Part shown: one piece after another, positions 31,007 to 42,208 of the stretch
Layout: every line of letters starts with the position of its first letter
How positions within the stretch are numbered: the first letter of the stretch is position 1
Source: an uncultured cyanobacterium
GTDB taxonomy: Bacteria; Cyanobacteriota; Cyanobacteriia; PCC-9006; JAAUQQ01
Direction of reading: 5' to 3'
DNA: 64,000 nucleotides
NCBI GenBank assembly: GCA_963718615.1
Contig: OY970368.1
Location: 1,408,001 to 1,472,000, forward strand
Notes under the pieces: model-generated
What the model was told of the DNA's origin: nothing
The model's database searches: none
Seen by the model: the letters and a program-made list of their open reading frames with translations, nothing else
Made by a program: the position numbers and the translations under genes

Positions 31007-33994
31007 ATGACCCAATTGCCTTCCCCTTCCGCCAACTCGGAATCTCAAAACCTGGATAAGTCAAATTCCATGCCGGAGATCTCCTCCCTGCCCGATCCCG
31101 ACCCTAGTCAGTTGTGGGAACAGTTGCCCCAAACCTCCATGAGCGAGTCTTTAAAAACCTCAACAGCTCGGTTGGGCTCTCCCCAGATGCCTCAACTGGA
31201 ACCTGGAGAAATGATTGAGGAGCCCAAACTTGTGTATGGACCGCTGTTTAAGCAAGTAGAGGTGAGCTCATCTTCGAGTTGGCGGCAAGGGCGGCTGAAA
31301 AGCATGAGCCTGAAGCGGAAGACTATTTTGCTTTCGTTGCTGCTTAGCTTTTTACCCGCTGCCACGATCGGCGCTGGAACCTATGTAGTGGCGAGTAATG
31401 CACTGCTCAACCGGACCCAGGAATCCGCTCAAGCCGCAGTGGAGACGGTTGTGGAACAGTTTGCTCTGTTTATGCGAGAGCGCTATGGGGATATCCAGGT
31501 CATGGCCGCCCTGGACATCCTTACCCATTCCGACACTCGACTCTCGACGCCCTTAGAATCAAAGCAGCGAGTCTTAAATGGGTTCCTCAAGGCTTATCCC
31601 GTTTATGACAGCATTGCAGCCTTTGATCTGAAGGGGAATGTGACGCTGCAATCCACGGGTAAGGCCCTGGATAATCATAGCGATCGCCCCTACTTTCAAG
31701 AAGTTTTAAAGACACAAAAGCCCATTGTCTATTCCCAGGTCATCACCTCCAAATCCTCAGGGATTCCCAGTGTTTACGTGGCATCACCCATTCGAGAACA
31801 GGCCACAGGACAAATGATCGGCGTCATTCGGGCCAGAATTCCGGTGGCATCCTTACAAGGACTGATTCAAGAGTTTACGGCCACCAAATTTGAAAACGGC
31901 ACGAATAACGTCACCGCGAATGCCCCTGCGGTGGAATATTACTTCTACGATTCCCAAAATCACCTCATCGTGGATTCAATGGATGCCGGTGGCGCTGAAG
32001 TGGATCACCATGGCATTGAGGAATCATTGGCTCAGTTCACCCAGCAACCTGGAGCCCAAACTCGCCTTGCCAAGGACGAATTGCTGGCCTATGCCCCCTT
32101 CCGTGATTTTGAAGATACCTTCTTGAAAGAATTGCCGCCGCTGGATTGGAAGGCGGTGGTGGCCATCGACCGAGATGTGGCCTTTTCGGTGCAGCGCAAT
32201 CTTTTGTTGAGTGTGATGGTGGGTAGTGCGGGGACGGCGTTGTTGCTGGCGGCGATCGCCAGTGTCGTTGCCAATCGTCTCACCAAGCCGTTGCTGGAAG
32301 CGGTCCAAGCGGTGAAGGCCATGGGACAAGGACAGCTGGACGTGCGGTTACAGGTTCAGGGCGACGATGAGATCTCAACGCTTTCGAGCAATCTCAATCA
32401 GATGGCCACGCAGCTCCAAGGGTTTACAAAGGAGCAGGCGGATGTGGCTCGGCGGGCCGCTTGGCTGAGCAACTTGGCCGCAGGGGCCGAAACCATGGGC
32501 AAATCTGAGCTGGACCAAACCTTTGAGCGGGTTGTGGCAGAGGCTCGGCATTTACTGGCGGTGGACCGGGTGATGATCTATCGTTTTGGCCCAGAAGGAC
32601 AGTTGACGGTGGCTCAGGAGGCGATCGAAACGGGCTGGCCCGAAGCCAAAGCCATGAATTTGGAGAGCCTGGAAATTCCCCTGGCCTTTGTCAATGCCTT
32701 CCAGCAGGGCGAACCGGTGGCCGTTGCCAACTTTGCAACGCTGGAACTGCCGGAGTCCTATCAAAATCTGCTGATGGAGTTGCAGGTCCAATCAGAGTTG
32801 ATTATTCCGATGATCAACGACGCGCAGCTCAGCGGCCTGCTGGTGGCTCAAATGGGGCGCACGCTACGGGATTGGCAGGAGTCAGACATCACGTTTATGC
32901 AACAGTTGTCGGCTCAAATGGGAATTGCCCAGCTCTTGCAGGAAGTACAGACCGCTCGCAGTTTGGCCGAGAAAACCGCTCAAGAAGAGAAGGATCGTAC
33001 CGAAGAACTCCAGCGACGGGTGTTGCAGTTGCTGATGGAGGTCGATCCCGTCAGCCAAGGGGACCTGACGATTCGAGCGCGGGTGACCGAGGATGAAATT
33101 GGCACGGTGGCGGATTCTTACAATGCCACGATTGAAAGTCTGCGTCGGATTGTGAGTCAGGTCAAAGACGCGGTTCAGCAGGTATCCACCACGGCCATTA
33201 GTAGTGAAACGGCGGTACAAGAGCTGTCGGACGGTGCGAGCAAGCAGACCCAGGAAATTTCCGAGGCGCTCACCCAGATTCAGCACATGGCGGATTCGAT
33301 TCGGTCGGTAGCCAACAATGCCGCCCAAGCGGAGATCGCGGTACGGCAGGCAACGGAAATTGTGCAGACCGGCGACGCGGCCATGGACAAAACGGTGGCG
33401 GGGATCTTCACGATTCGCGAAACCGTGGGCGAGGCGGTGAAAAAGGTGAAGCGCTTGGGTGAGTCTTCCCAGAAGATTTCCAAGGTGGTCAACCTGATTA
33501 GCTCCTTCGCGGAGCAAACCAACCTGCTGGCGCTGAATGCCTCGATTGAGGCGGCCCACGCCGGAGAAGAGGGACGGGGGTTTGCGGTGGTTGCGGATGA
33601 AGTGCGATCGCTCGCCCGTCAGTCCGCAGCAGCAACGGCGGAAATCGAAGCACTGGTGGCCGAGATTCAGGCGGAGACCAACCAGGTTTCGGCAGCCATG
33701 GAATCAGGAACCGAGCAGGTGGTTGCCGGTACGCAATTGGTGGAAGCCGCTCGACAGCACCTGACCCAAATTGCCCAGGTGAGTTTGCAGATTAATGGTT
33801 TGGTGGCGGCGATCGCCCAGTCCACGGGTCAACAAACCGAGGCCTCTGCGCTGGTGTCCAAAGTGATGACCGAAGTTGCAGACATTGCCCAGCAAACCTC
33901 TAGTTCTGCAACGGCGGTGTCGGATTCCTTCCAAAACCTGGTGAACGTTGCCCAATCGCTCCAGCAGAGTGTGGGTCGATTCAAGGTGAGTTAA
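31007..33994 (+). CDS. Methyl-accepting chemotaxis protein: TM-Cache-TM-HAMP-GAF (Cys-less)-MA
   Basis: Cache (SDRPYF, VYVASPI), HAMP ([15 protein letters not shown]), GAF ([18 protein letters not shown]) and MA ([24 protein letters not shown]). Confidence 0.92.
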   Translation: MTQLPSPSANSESQNLDKSNSMPEISSLPDPDPSQLWEQLPQTSMSESLKTSTARLGSPQMPQLEPGEMIEEPKLVYGPLFKQVEVSSSSSWRQGRLKSMSLKRKTILLSLLLSFLPAATIGAGTYVVASNALLNRTQESAQAAVETVVEQFALFMRERYGDIQVMAALDILTHSDTRLSTPLESKQRVLNGFLKAYPVYDSIAAFDLKGNVTLQSTGKALDNHSDRPYFQEVLKTQKPIVYSQVITSKSSGIPSVYVASPIREQATGQMIGVIRARIPVASLQGLIQEFTATKFENGTNNVTANAPAVEYYFYDSQNHLIVDSMDAGGAEVDHHGIEESLAQFTQQPGAQTRLAKDELLAYAPFRDFEDTFLKELPPLDWKAVVAIDRDVAFSVQRNLLLSVMVGSAGTALLLAAIASVVANRLTKPLLEAVQAVKAMGQGQLDVRLQVQGDDEISTLSSNLNQMATQLQGFTKEQADVARRAAWLSNLAAGAETMGKSELDQTFERVVAEARHLLAVDRVMIYRFGPEGQLTVAQEAIETGWPEAKAMNLESLEIPLAFVNAFQQGEPVAVANFATLELPESYQNLLMELQVQSELIIPMINDAQLSGLLVAQMGRTLRDWQESDITFMQQLSAQMGIAQLLQEVQTARSLAEKTAQEEKDRTEELQRRVLQLLMEVDPVSQGDLTIRARVTEDEIGTVADSYNATIESLRRIVSQVKDAVQQVSTTAISSETAVQELSDGASKQTQEISEALTQIQHMADSIRSVANNAAQAEIAVRQATEIVQTGDAAMDKTVAGIFTIRETVGEAVKKVKRLGESSQKISKVVNLISSFAEQTNLLALNASIEAAHAGEEGRGFAVVADEVRSLARQSAAATAEIEALVAEIQAETNQVSAAMESGTEQVVAGTQLVEAARQHLTQIAQVSLQINGLVAAIAQSTGQQTEASALVSKVMTEVADIAQQTSSSATAVSDSFQNLVNVAQSLQQSVGRFKVS

Positions 33995-34066
33995 GGGGGT
34001 TAAGCCCAACCTTGACCTGGACGAATTTTCCCGTTTTCTATTGTTGACATCGCGTGAGCGGTTCCC

Positions 34067-37000
34067 ATGACCCAGACCCCTGCCAAATTTCAACATCCGG
34101 CTGATGGCGATGCCGCAGGTCGTGTGCCTAGCGATCGCCCCACCCTCGACATGACCGAGTTTACTTATTACGCCAGCCCATCGGCATCGCAGTTGCGGGG
34201 CCAAATGCAAACTTCTGCGGCACTGACCCTGGCCCATCAAGGTCCCCCCCGGCGCTCCAGTTCCCTCGGCCAGCGCTGGGCGAATCTGACCATGCGCAGC
34301 AAGCTGGTGATTCTGCTGTTTGTCAGCGCGGCAATCCCAACGTTGACCGTAACCCAGGGTCTGATTGCCTTGAATAAACACCGGGCGATTGAAGATGCCA
34401 AGGCCTTTGCGGCTCAGCAAGCAGGAGCCTTTCGCGATGAGTACGTGCTCTGGGCAGAAACCGATGCGATGGCTCGGGCCTCAAACCTAGCCCGACTGGT
34501 GGAGGCCACGGAGATCGATATCAATGACCCCAACGCCCTTGCCGCCAATGCCAGCACGCTGAAAAACTTTTTGACCCTCGACCCCGTGACCGATCCGGAG
34601 ACAGCCCAGAGTTTTCAGATGGTGGTCAATGCCCAGGGCAAAACCGTCGCCCAGGATATTCGGCTTTTGGCCACCTCGGGCAAAGTTCCAGTAACCCTAG
34701 AGGAATCATTGGCCGATCATCAAACGGTATCGGTCACTGCACCCCTGGGCCTAGATTTGCAACAGCAATTGCCCTTAGTTAAGTCCGTCCTCACGCAAGG
34801 ACAGCCCCAATCCGGGGTCGAAAGTTTGAGTTCGGACCTGGTCAAACAGTTGAAATTGACGGGACAACTGCAATTTGAGGACGAGCTGGTGGCTCGGGAG
34901 GGGAGAGCGTTGACGGCGATCGCCGTCAACCCCATTACCGATGGCAATGGCAAAACCATTGGTGCGGTCATCGTCGGGTCGTTGTTTAACAATAATTACC
35001 TGTTGATGGATACCTTCCGACTGCGTTATGCCGCCTCAGCGGTGGCCGTGTTTGATCGGGAGGTTCAAGTGGCAACCAGCGAACCCGGTGAACAGGGCAA
35101 GCTCCGGCAAACCCAGGTTGACCTCCCCATGACGGTGGAGCAACAGGTGCTTGACCAAGGCCAAGATATGCTACGCATCGACCAGCAAGGGGGGCATGGG
35201 TATTTGCACTATTACTCGCCCCTCTATGACGCCACTCAAGCGATCGATGAAACGGCTAAACCCGTCGGCATGACCTACGTGGGCCAGTCCTTGGCGGAGG
35301 TGGAAGCGCGCTTTATGCGGCAACAACTGTTTGCCTACGCCCTAGGGGGCGGCATGCTTTTGCTGTCGACCCTGCTTGCCTTACCGGCTGCGGGTTCGGT
35401 TGCACGCCCCTTGCAAAAACTCTCGGGCTTTATGCAGCGTGTAGGTCGAGGCGATCGCCGTCTTCGTCTGATGGAAGGGGATCGTCAAGATGAAGTCGGC
35501 TCATTAATGCGGTCCTTGAACCAAATGGTTTCGAGCTTGGAGCAGAACGAACATCAGCTCCAGCAGGAAGTGAATCGCAACCGAATTTTGTCCAAGATTG
35601 CCAATTTGCGCTCTCTCGATAGCCATGATTTGGCCGAGGGGTTGCAGGATGCCTTGGAAGAAGTGCGGACCTTTATCGATTGCGATCGCCTCGTCATCTA
35701 CCGCTGTGGCTCCACTGCCGAAACCGGACGGGTGGTCTACGAAGCCGGACTCGCGAACTGGCCCTCGGCAGTGGCGCTGAAGATTAGCGATCGCTGTATT
35801 CCCGAATCGGTTTTGCAAGCGTACCGGGCTGGTCAGGTTAAGGCCAATGCCGATGTGCTTAAGGCGGGATTTGGTCCTGAGCACCTCCGGCTCCTGGAAC
35901 AGCTCAAAATTAAAGCGAGTTTAATCGTTCCGATCCATAGCAACCAGGAACTCTACGGTCTCTTGATTGCCCATAGTTGTTCAAAAATTCGCAATTGGAC
36001 GCCGATAGAAACGGCGGTGATGCAGGCGGTCTCGGACCAAATTGCGGTCACCCTGGGCTACATTACGTTGCTCGAACAGCAGCGGTCGGCCCAGGAGACA
36101 ATCCAGCGGGATAAGGAAACCCTGCAACGCCGCGCCCTCGAATTGCTCCAGGAAGTAGACCCGGTTTCCCAGGGCGACCTGACTGTGCGCGCGCGGGTGA
36201 CAGAAGACGAAATTGGCACGGTGGCGGATTCCTACAACTCCACGGTCGAAAGTTTGCGCAAAATTGTCCGTCAGGTGCAGGGGGTTTCTGCCCAGGTGAG
36301 CGGTACGGCGATCGCCAACGACGTCGCGGTGCAAAATCTGGCCCAAGAGGCCCTGCGTCAGGCCGAGCAAATTACTAGCTCCCTGAGCCATATCCAATCG
36401 ATGACCGAAACCGTTCAGGCGCTGACCCAACAGGCCATGGCGGCCCAGACGGCAGTGGCCACAACCACCGCGACCGTGGAAGTGAGCGATCGCACCATGA
36501 CCCTCGCGGTGGAAGGGATGACCACCATTCGCGAAACCGTGGCGGAAACCACCCGCAAAATGGAAGGTCTCGAAGAAGCCTCCCAGCGGATTTCCCAGGT
36601 GATTCGTCTGATTAGTACGTTTGCGGCTCAGACCCACATGCTAGCGATGAAAGCCTCGATCGAAGCGGCCCGTGCCGGAGAACGGGGAGAGGGCTTTGCG
36701 GTGATTGCCGATGAAGTCCGCAGCTTGGCGGCCCGTTCGGCTCAGGCGACCGCCGATATTGAAGCAATCATCAACAGTATCCAGTTGGCCACCCAGGATG
36801 TGCTAGCAGCGATGGAGGTGGAGAACAAGCAGGTGGCGAAGGAAATGCAGCTCGTCGACGATACCCGCGTCAGTCTGACACAAATTACCGCCGCCAATGC
36901 CCAGGTGACTCAGTTGGTGACGGCGATCGCCCAAACCACCGAAACCCAAACCCAAGCCTCCGACGCCACCGCACGCACCATCGTTGAGGTCGCGGATCTC

Positions 37001-37108
37001 GTCCGCCAGACCTCGGCGGAAGCGAGCAAAGTGTCCGAATCCTTCAAGGGTTTGCTCCAGGCCGCGCAACTGCTGCAAGCGGAAGTGGCGCGTTTCAAAG
37101 TCGATTAA
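34067..37108 (+). CDS. Methyl-accepting protein with a DXCIP-type cyanobacteriochrome GAF (PixJ-like photoreceptor)
   Basis: TM-periplasmic-TM-HAMP, then a GAF with DRLVIYR, SDRCIP, GPEH and LIAHSC, then an MA domain with GFAVIADEVR. Confidence 0.88.
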   Translation: MTQTPAKFQHPADGDAAGRVPSDRPTLDMTEFTYYASPSASQLRGQMQTSAALTLAHQGPPRRSSSLGQRWANLTMRSKLVILLFVSAAIPTLTVTQGLIALNKHRAIEDAKAFAAQQAGAFRDEYVLWAETDAMARASNLARLVEATEIDINDPNALAANASTLKNFLTLDPVTDPETAQSFQMVVNAQGKTVAQDIRLLATSGKVPVTLEESLADHQTVSVTAPLGLDLQQQLPLVKSVLTQGQPQSGVESLSSDLVKQLKLTGQLQFEDELVAREGRALTAIAVNPITDGNGKTIGAVIVGSLFNNNYLLMDTFRLRYAASAVAVFDREVQVATSEPGEQGKLRQTQVDLPMTVEQQVLDQGQDMLRIDQQGGHGYLHYYSPLYDATQAIDETAKPVGMTYVGQSLAEVEARFMRQQLFAYALGGGMLLLSTLLALPAAGSVARPLQKLSGFMQRVGRGDRRLRLMEGDRQDEVGSLMRSLNQMVSSLEQNEHQLQQEVNRNRILSKIANLRSLDSHDLAEGLQDALEEVRTFIDCDRLVIYRCGSTAETGRVVYEAGLANWPSAVALKISDRCIPESVLQAYRAGQVKANADVLKAGFGPEHLRLLEQLKIKASLIVPIHSNQELYGLLIAHSCSKIRNWTPIETAVMQAVSDQIAVTLGYITLLEQQRSAQETIQRDKETLQRRALELLQEVDPVSQGDLTVRARVTEDEIGTVADSYNSTVESLRKIVRQVQGVSAQVSGTAIANDVAVQNLAQEALRQAEQITSSLSHIQSMTETVQALTQQAMAAQTAVATTTATVEVSDRTMTLAVEGMTTIRETVAETTRKMEGLEEASQRISQVIRLISTFAAQTHMLAMKASIEAARAGERGEGFAVIADEVRSLAARSAQATADIEAIINSIQLATQDVLAAMEVENKQVAKEMQLVDDTRVSLTQITAANAQVTQLVTAIAQTTETQTQASDATARTIVEVADLVRQTSAEASKVSESFKGLLQAAQLLQAEVARFKVD

Positions 37109-37184
37109 ATCTCTGCATGCCTCTTGATAGAGCCCTGCGGTTCCCCTGTTTTCTCATCATTGATTTTCAAAGGCTTCGCATACT

Positions 37185-40100
37185 ATGGCAGTTAATCCTG
37201 ATATCCACGATAGGGCCTATCAGTTCTTCATCGAAGAAGTCCCGGAACTGTTACAGGCGATCGAGAGAGGCATTTTAGAGCTGCGCCAGGACCGTAGCGC
37301 CAATATTGTCCATGAGGTCATGCGGGCAGCTCACTCGATTAAGGGCGGGGCCGCTAGCGTCGAGTTAGAGGCGATCAAGTGCATTGCTCACCGGCTGGAA
37401 ACGGCTTTTCGTGCCCTCTATGATGCCACGGTAGAAATTGACGTCGAGCTGGAGAGTCTGCTGCTCCAAGGCTATGACTGTTTGCAACAACCCCTCCAGG
37501 AGCAGATGGACACGGGGCGACATGATGCGGAGCAGGCCCTGGCGATCGCCACCCCCGTTCTAGAGGCGATCGAAGCCAAGCTGGGAGCAGAGGCCCTCAG
37601 CCACGCCGATAGCTATATTCCCAGTTCTTCGGATCTGGGCGTCGACATGGTGGTTTCCATCTTTGAAATCGATGTGGAGGAGGGCATTGCCCGCTTAGAA
37701 GAAGTGGCTGCCAACCCAACGGCGTTCCCGGTGGCGGGGGAATTGCAAACCCAGGCGGAAGTGTTTGCGGGATTTGGGGAACTGTTGGAGTTGCCTGGTT
37801 TTGGGGCGATCGCCCAGGCCGTCATGGATGCCCTCGACCACCATCCGACCCAAGCCACGGAAATTTTGCACTTGGCGCTAGTGGACTTGAAGGCGGCTCG
37901 GGATTTGGTCATGGGGGGCGATCGCGACCAGGGTGGTGCACCTTCGGCAGCATTGTTGGCCTTGGCCCAGGGTGCTGGCGCAGGGCGTGATGGACAGGAT
38001 AGGACGATGGAGTTGGAGGCCATGATGTCGGTCTCCAACAGTTTGGCAGATACAGGCGAGGCGATTGATGACGCAGATGACTTTTCCTTCTCGGATGCCG
38101 ATTTTGGCGAACCGCTCGATGGCGACGGGTTTAGCTTTGAGATGGACGATTCAGCCTTTGGGGAGTTGCTGAACTCGGCCAATGCTCTTCAATCGGTGCT
38201 TTCGGGCGAGCGAGGCATAGAGGAAGAACCCTCCGCCGATCCGTTCAGTCAAGGATTGGGCGAAGGATTGGGCGGAGGACTCAGTGAGGCGTTTGATGAA
38301 GAGTTCGCCGCTGAGGACGAATCTCAAAAGGTTGAGGATGTCTGGGAAGATGATCCTTGGGCTCCTCCCAGCACGGTGGCGGAGGAAACCACGGAAGGGG
38401 GGATTGATTTTGATGCTATTTTTGGCCGTATCGCCGAGGAAGAAGACTTTGGCGAATCAGGGGTTGAATCAGGAGCCGAGCCTATCCCTCAAGTTACAGC
38501 GGAGCCCATCAGCGAAGCGGTTGAATTAACGCCTGACGCCATTCTTGAACCGATTTCCGAACCCATTATTGAAGCGTCTACAACTGCATCCCCAATTGCA
38601 TCCCAGGACTTGAGTGATACGACTCCAACCGCAGATCTTAACAATCTTTTGGATGCGTTTGATTTCTCGGCAGTCGATGGCACTCACGACCCATCTGAGG
38701 AATTAGTCTCTGAGCCAACTGTTGAGCCTAAAATATTTGAGCAGACCTGGATTCAACAAATTGATGAGGGCACCTTTATCCAATCGGAGCGGTTTGATTC
38801 TGTTCCCATTGATGCCTTAGATAATGACTTGAATGAAGCTGAGGTGCATGCAACTGAGTTGCAGACAGCTGAGTCAGAGGCAGCTGGGTCAGAGGCGATC
38901 GCCCCCTCCCCCAAATCTCAAGATCATTTGCTCGCCCTTGGGGATTTAGCAGCATTTATCCCCCCCGCTGAAATCAATTCCGATGAAATTAATCCCTATG
39001 AAACGGCCCAGGTATTGTCCTGGCTTTCCGAGGATTCTAGTGAAAGTGATTTTGGCGAAAGTGATTTTGGCGAAAGTGATTTTGGCGAGAGTGATCCCAA
39101 TGCTCCCGTAGAGGCAGATTCAGCCTCCTCGGCCACTTCCCCATTCATACCCCCATTCGCAGAAGAGCCCGACCTCAAAGCCGCTGAAGCCGCACTGTTT
39201 GGCATTCCCTCCCCAACTCCCAGCAACTCACTCACCGATGCCGCAGTTCAGGTCGCCTTGGCCGAATTGCATGCCCAACAACCGGAGGGGTTCGACCCCT
39301 CGACGGAGGGCACTAATGTTGTAGGGTCTCCAACCCCGAGCGCTGTCGATCCAGCCCTGGAATCGATCATGGAATTGGTCGCAGAATCGGCCCTGGAATC
39401 GGCCACAGAGTCAGGAACAGAATCAACTACGGCATCAACGCTAGAATCGGTCATGGAATCGGCCATGAAGTCCGTGGAGGAGATGTTTGATCAACTTCCG
39501 GCGATCGCAGAACTCCCCGAGACTATGCTTGCCCCCCAAGCCGCAGCTGCCGCCTCTGCGGACCCAGCCGAGAGTTCAGCCGAGTCCGACAAGCCCGACG
39601 CCAAATCCAAGAGCCAACGCTCAGGCGCACCCCTCTCGGGCATCTCGGTGCGGGTAGACCTCGGTGTGCTGGAGCGGATGAATAATCTGGTGGGTGAGCT
39701 GATTCTCAGCCGCAACAGCGCGTCACTCCAGCATGAGCAACTGCAAACCGTCGTGGGACAACTGGCAAAACGGTTTAAGACGTTTGAAAGCCTAATTGAT
39801 GGGTTGCGGTCTGTTGCTGACCAAATGCTGGTGAAACCAGGATCTGTGAATTCAGCGCCGACAGCAGCGACACCGGCTGCTTCATTGGCCTCTCTGTTAA
39901 ATAACGGATTAAACAATGGTGACGAGGCCGCAGAAGGAACCTTCCTAGACGGTTTTGATGCCCTAGAAATGGATCGCTACAGCGATTTGCACGGTCAACT
40001 CCAATCGGTGTTTGAGGAACTCATGCAGTTGCAAGAAGGGGTAGACGATATTGATGTTCTGCTCGAACAATCAACCCAAAACTTAACGCAGCAGCGCCAA

Positions 40101-41687
40101 CGCCTGAGCCGTCTGCAAAATGAGCTGATGTGGGCAAGAATGCTACCCTTAGATGACATTTTGAGCCGGTTTCCTCGGGTTCTGCGGGATTTGTCGGCCA
40201 AGCATGGCAAAGCGGTGGATTTGAAGCTAGAGGGAACCCATGTGCTCGTGGACAAAGGGGTTCTAGAAAAGCTCAATGACCCGATGCTGCATCTCCTGCG
40301 CAATGCCTTTGACCACGGCATCGAAACCCCCGAATCTCGGAAAACCCAAGGCAAAGCCGAACGGGGGACGATCGCCATTCGCGCCTACTATCAAGGCAAC
40401 CAAACCGTCATCGAAATCAACGATGATGGCCGGGGTTTAAACCTCGACAAAATTGCCCGTCGTGCCCTAGAACTCGGCTGGCTGTCCCGCGAGGAACTCA
40501 AAACCATTCCCCAGCAGGTGGTTGCAGATTTAATTTTTGAACCAGGCTTTTCCACGGCGGATCAGGTCAGCGATCTCTCGGGTCGAGGCGTCGGTCTGGA
40601 TGTGGTGCGGGATCAGCTCAAGTCGCTCAAAGGCAGTGTCAGCGTCTCGTCCAAACCGGGCCAAGGCACTACCTTTAAGCTTAGCTTGCCGGTAACGTTG
40701 AGTGTGGCGAAGCTGATGGTTTGTCAGGTGGGACCGTTGGCGATCGCCCTCCCCTCCGATGCCATCGAAGATCTGCTCGTGCCAGAACCCCGCAAAATCA
40801 AAATGGTGGCCAATCAGCGTTTCCTCCACTGGCGAGATGACCTGATTTCCATTCACGCCCTCAGCGAAATGCTGGAGTACAACTGTCCTTTACCCGACGC
40901 CACCTCGCTCAAGAGTCTGACAGACTCAACGATTCCGGTGCCCCAAGACTGGGCCATGCCGTTGCTGATCTTTAGCCGCAACAACCAATGTTTTGCCCTG
41001 GAAGTCAATCGGCTGCTGATGGAGCAGGAACTGGTGGTCAAACCCTTTGGTCCGGCGGTGAGCCCCCCTCCCTACGCCTACGGCTGTACGATCCTCGGTG
41101 ATGGCCGCATGATTCCGGTGTTAGACAGCGTGGCCCTGTACAACGCCATCCAGGGTAACCCCCAGGAAACCCTCAGTGGGGTTGGGATCGAGTTGGGCGG
41201 CGATGCCGTAGAAGCGAAGGCAGCCCCAACAGCTATCCCCATGGCCCCCGTGGCGATCGCCCCTCCCCCCATGAGCACCGTCTCGACGATGCAAATGGCG
41301 AAGACGATCCTAGTGGTGGATGACTCCACCGCCATGCGCCGAACTTTAGCGCTGAGCCTCGAAAAAGCGGGCTATCGCGTGGTTCAAGCCGGGGACGGCC
41401 AAGAAGCCCTAGAGCAACTGCGCCAGAGCAATGCCATTCAACTGGTCATCTGCGATGTTGAGATGCCCAACATGAATGGGTTTGAGTTCCTCAGCCAACG
41501 TCGTCGCGAACCCCAACTGCTGGGTACCCCTGTGGTGATGCTGACCTCCCGTAGTAGCGACAAACACCGTCGCCTCGCACTTCAGCTCAATGCCGATGGC
41601 TACTTCAGCAAACCCTATGTGGAACAGGAATTTCTCAAGGCTATTCAAGGCATTTTGGAAACTACTCCCACGGCAATCACCCTATGA
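37185..41687 (+). CDS. Hybrid CheA histidine kinase (Hpt, long acidic linker, HATPase, CheW, REC; PixL-like)
   Basis: RAAHSIKGGA Hpt, HLLRNAFDHG, DDGRG, GFST..SGRGVGLDVV and C-terminal REC CDVEMP. Confidence 0.93.
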   Translation: MAVNPDIHDRAYQFFIEEVPELLQAIERGILELRQDRSANIVHEVMRAAHSIKGGAASVELEAIKCIAHRLETAFRALYDATVEIDVELESLLLQGYDCLQQPLQEQMDTGRHDAEQALAIATPVLEAIEAKLGAEALSHADSYIPSSSDLGVDMVVSIFEIDVEEGIARLEEVAANPTAFPVAGELQTQAEVFAGFGELLELPGFGAIAQAVMDALDHHPTQATEILHLALVDLKAARDLVMGGDRDQGGAPSAALLALAQGAGAGRDGQDRTMELEAMMSVSNSLADTGEAIDDADDFSFSDADFGEPLDGDGFSFEMDDSAFGELLNSANALQSVLSGERGIEEEPSADPFSQGLGEGLGGGLSEAFDEEFAAEDESQKVEDVWEDDPWAPPSTVAEETTEGGIDFDAIFGRIAEEEDFGESGVESGAEPIPQVTAEPISEAVELTPDAILEPISEPIIEASTTASPIASQDLSDTTPTADLNNLLDAFDFSAVDGTHDPSEELVSEPTVEPKIFEQTWIQQIDEGTFIQSERFDSVPIDALDNDLNEAEVHATELQTAESEAAGSEAIAPSPKSQDHLLALGDLAAFIPPAEINSDEINPYETAQVLSWLSEDSSESDFGESDFGESDFGESDPNAPVEADSASSATSPFIPPFAEEPDLKAAEAALFGIPSPTPSNSLTDAAVQVALAELHAQQPEGFDPSTEGTNVVGSPTPSAVDPALESIMELVAESALESATESGTESTTASTLESVMESAMKSVEEMFDQLPAIAELPETMLAPQAAAAASADPAESSAESDKPDAKSKSQRSGAPLSGISVRVDLGVLERMNNLVGELILSRNSASLQHEQLQTVVGQLAKRFKTFESLIDGLRSVADQMLVKPGSVNSAPTAATPAASLASLLNNGLNNGDEAAEGTFLDGFDALEMDRYSDLHGQLQSVFEELMQLQEGVDDIDVLLEQSTQNLTQQRQRLSRLQNELMWARMLPLDDILSRFPRVLRDLSAKHGKAVDLKLEGTHVLVDKGVLEKLNDPMLHLLRNAFDHGIETPESRKTQGKAERGTIAIRAYYQGNQTVIEINDDGRGLNLDKIARRALELGWLSREELKTIPQQVVADLIFEPGFSTADQVSDLSGRGVGLDVVRDQLKSLKGSVSVSSKPGQGTTFKLSLPVTLSVAKLMVCQVGPLAIALPSDAIEDLLVPEPRKIKMVANQRFLHWRDDLISIHALSEMLEYNCPLPDATSLKSLTDSTIPVPQDWAMPLLIFSRNNQCFALEVNRLLMEQELVVKPFGPAVSPPPYAYGCTILGDGRMIPVLDSVALYNAIQGNPQETLSGVGIELGGDAVEAKAAPTAIPMAPVAIAPPPMSTVSTMQMAKTILVVDDSTAMRRTLALSLEKAGYRVVQAGDGQEALEQLRQSNAIQLVICDVEMPNMNGFEFLSQRRREPQLLGTPVVMLTSRSSDKHRRLALQLNADGYFSKPYVEQEFLKAIQGILETTPTAITL
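39042..39095 (+). repeat. 15-bp tandem repeat GAAAGTGATTTTGGC x3 plus a partial unit (ESDFG) in the CheA linker
   Basis: Directly visible. Confidence 0.9.
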
Positions 41688-42208
41688 CAAGCCTTCTCTC
41701 CAGAATCCAACCCTCTTCGGGCTCGGCCAATCCAGCCAGCGAAACCGGAGAACTGATCAAATTTGTGGTCTTCGCGTTAGGCTCACTCAGTCTGGCACTG
41801 CCGATGAAAGCCATCAGCCGCGTGGTCAACATGCCCCAGGTGCATAGCAGTGGCCTGCGGGCCGTGGGGGTCACGACGGTAGGCCAGATGGAGCTGACGA
41901 TTGTCGACTTGCACCGACAACTGTTTCAGACCTCGGCACCGACCTCGGATGAAAAACCGGGCTATCTCGTGATCTTGCCCACCCCTAGCGGGGAGCCGGT
42001 TGGCATTCCCATCGCCGAGACCCCCCTGTTGATGGATGTGCCCACCTCGGCAATTCGGGTGCTGCCTGCGGCCTATCGTCAGGCGGATACGCTTTCGATC
42101 GCCAGCCACATTGCTCGGATTCCGACGGAAACGGGAGAACTCCAGTCGATTTTTCTACTGGATGTGCAAGCAGTCATGGCGCTGCTGTCTATGGATCACC
42201 GCGCCTAG
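41684..42208 (+). CDS. Second CheW-like protein
   Basis: FVVF..G.L.LALP...ISRVV, IVDLHRQLF and VGIPI. ATGA overlap with the cheA stop. Confidence 0.8.
   Translation: MTSLLSRIQPSSGSANPASETGELIKFVVFALGSLSLALPMKAISRVVNMPQVHSSGLRAVGVTTVGQMELTIVDLHRQLFQTSAPTSDEKPGYLVILPTPSGEPVGIPIAETPLLMDVPTSAIRVLPAAYRQADTLSIASHIARIPTETGELQSIFLLDVQAVMALLSMDHRA

Noticed and set aside
33040-36260. Near-identical stretch shared by the two MCP genes ([27 protein letters not shown])
   Set aside because: A normally conserved pre-signalling HAMP segment. Synonymous differences are present, so there is no evidence of recent conversion.
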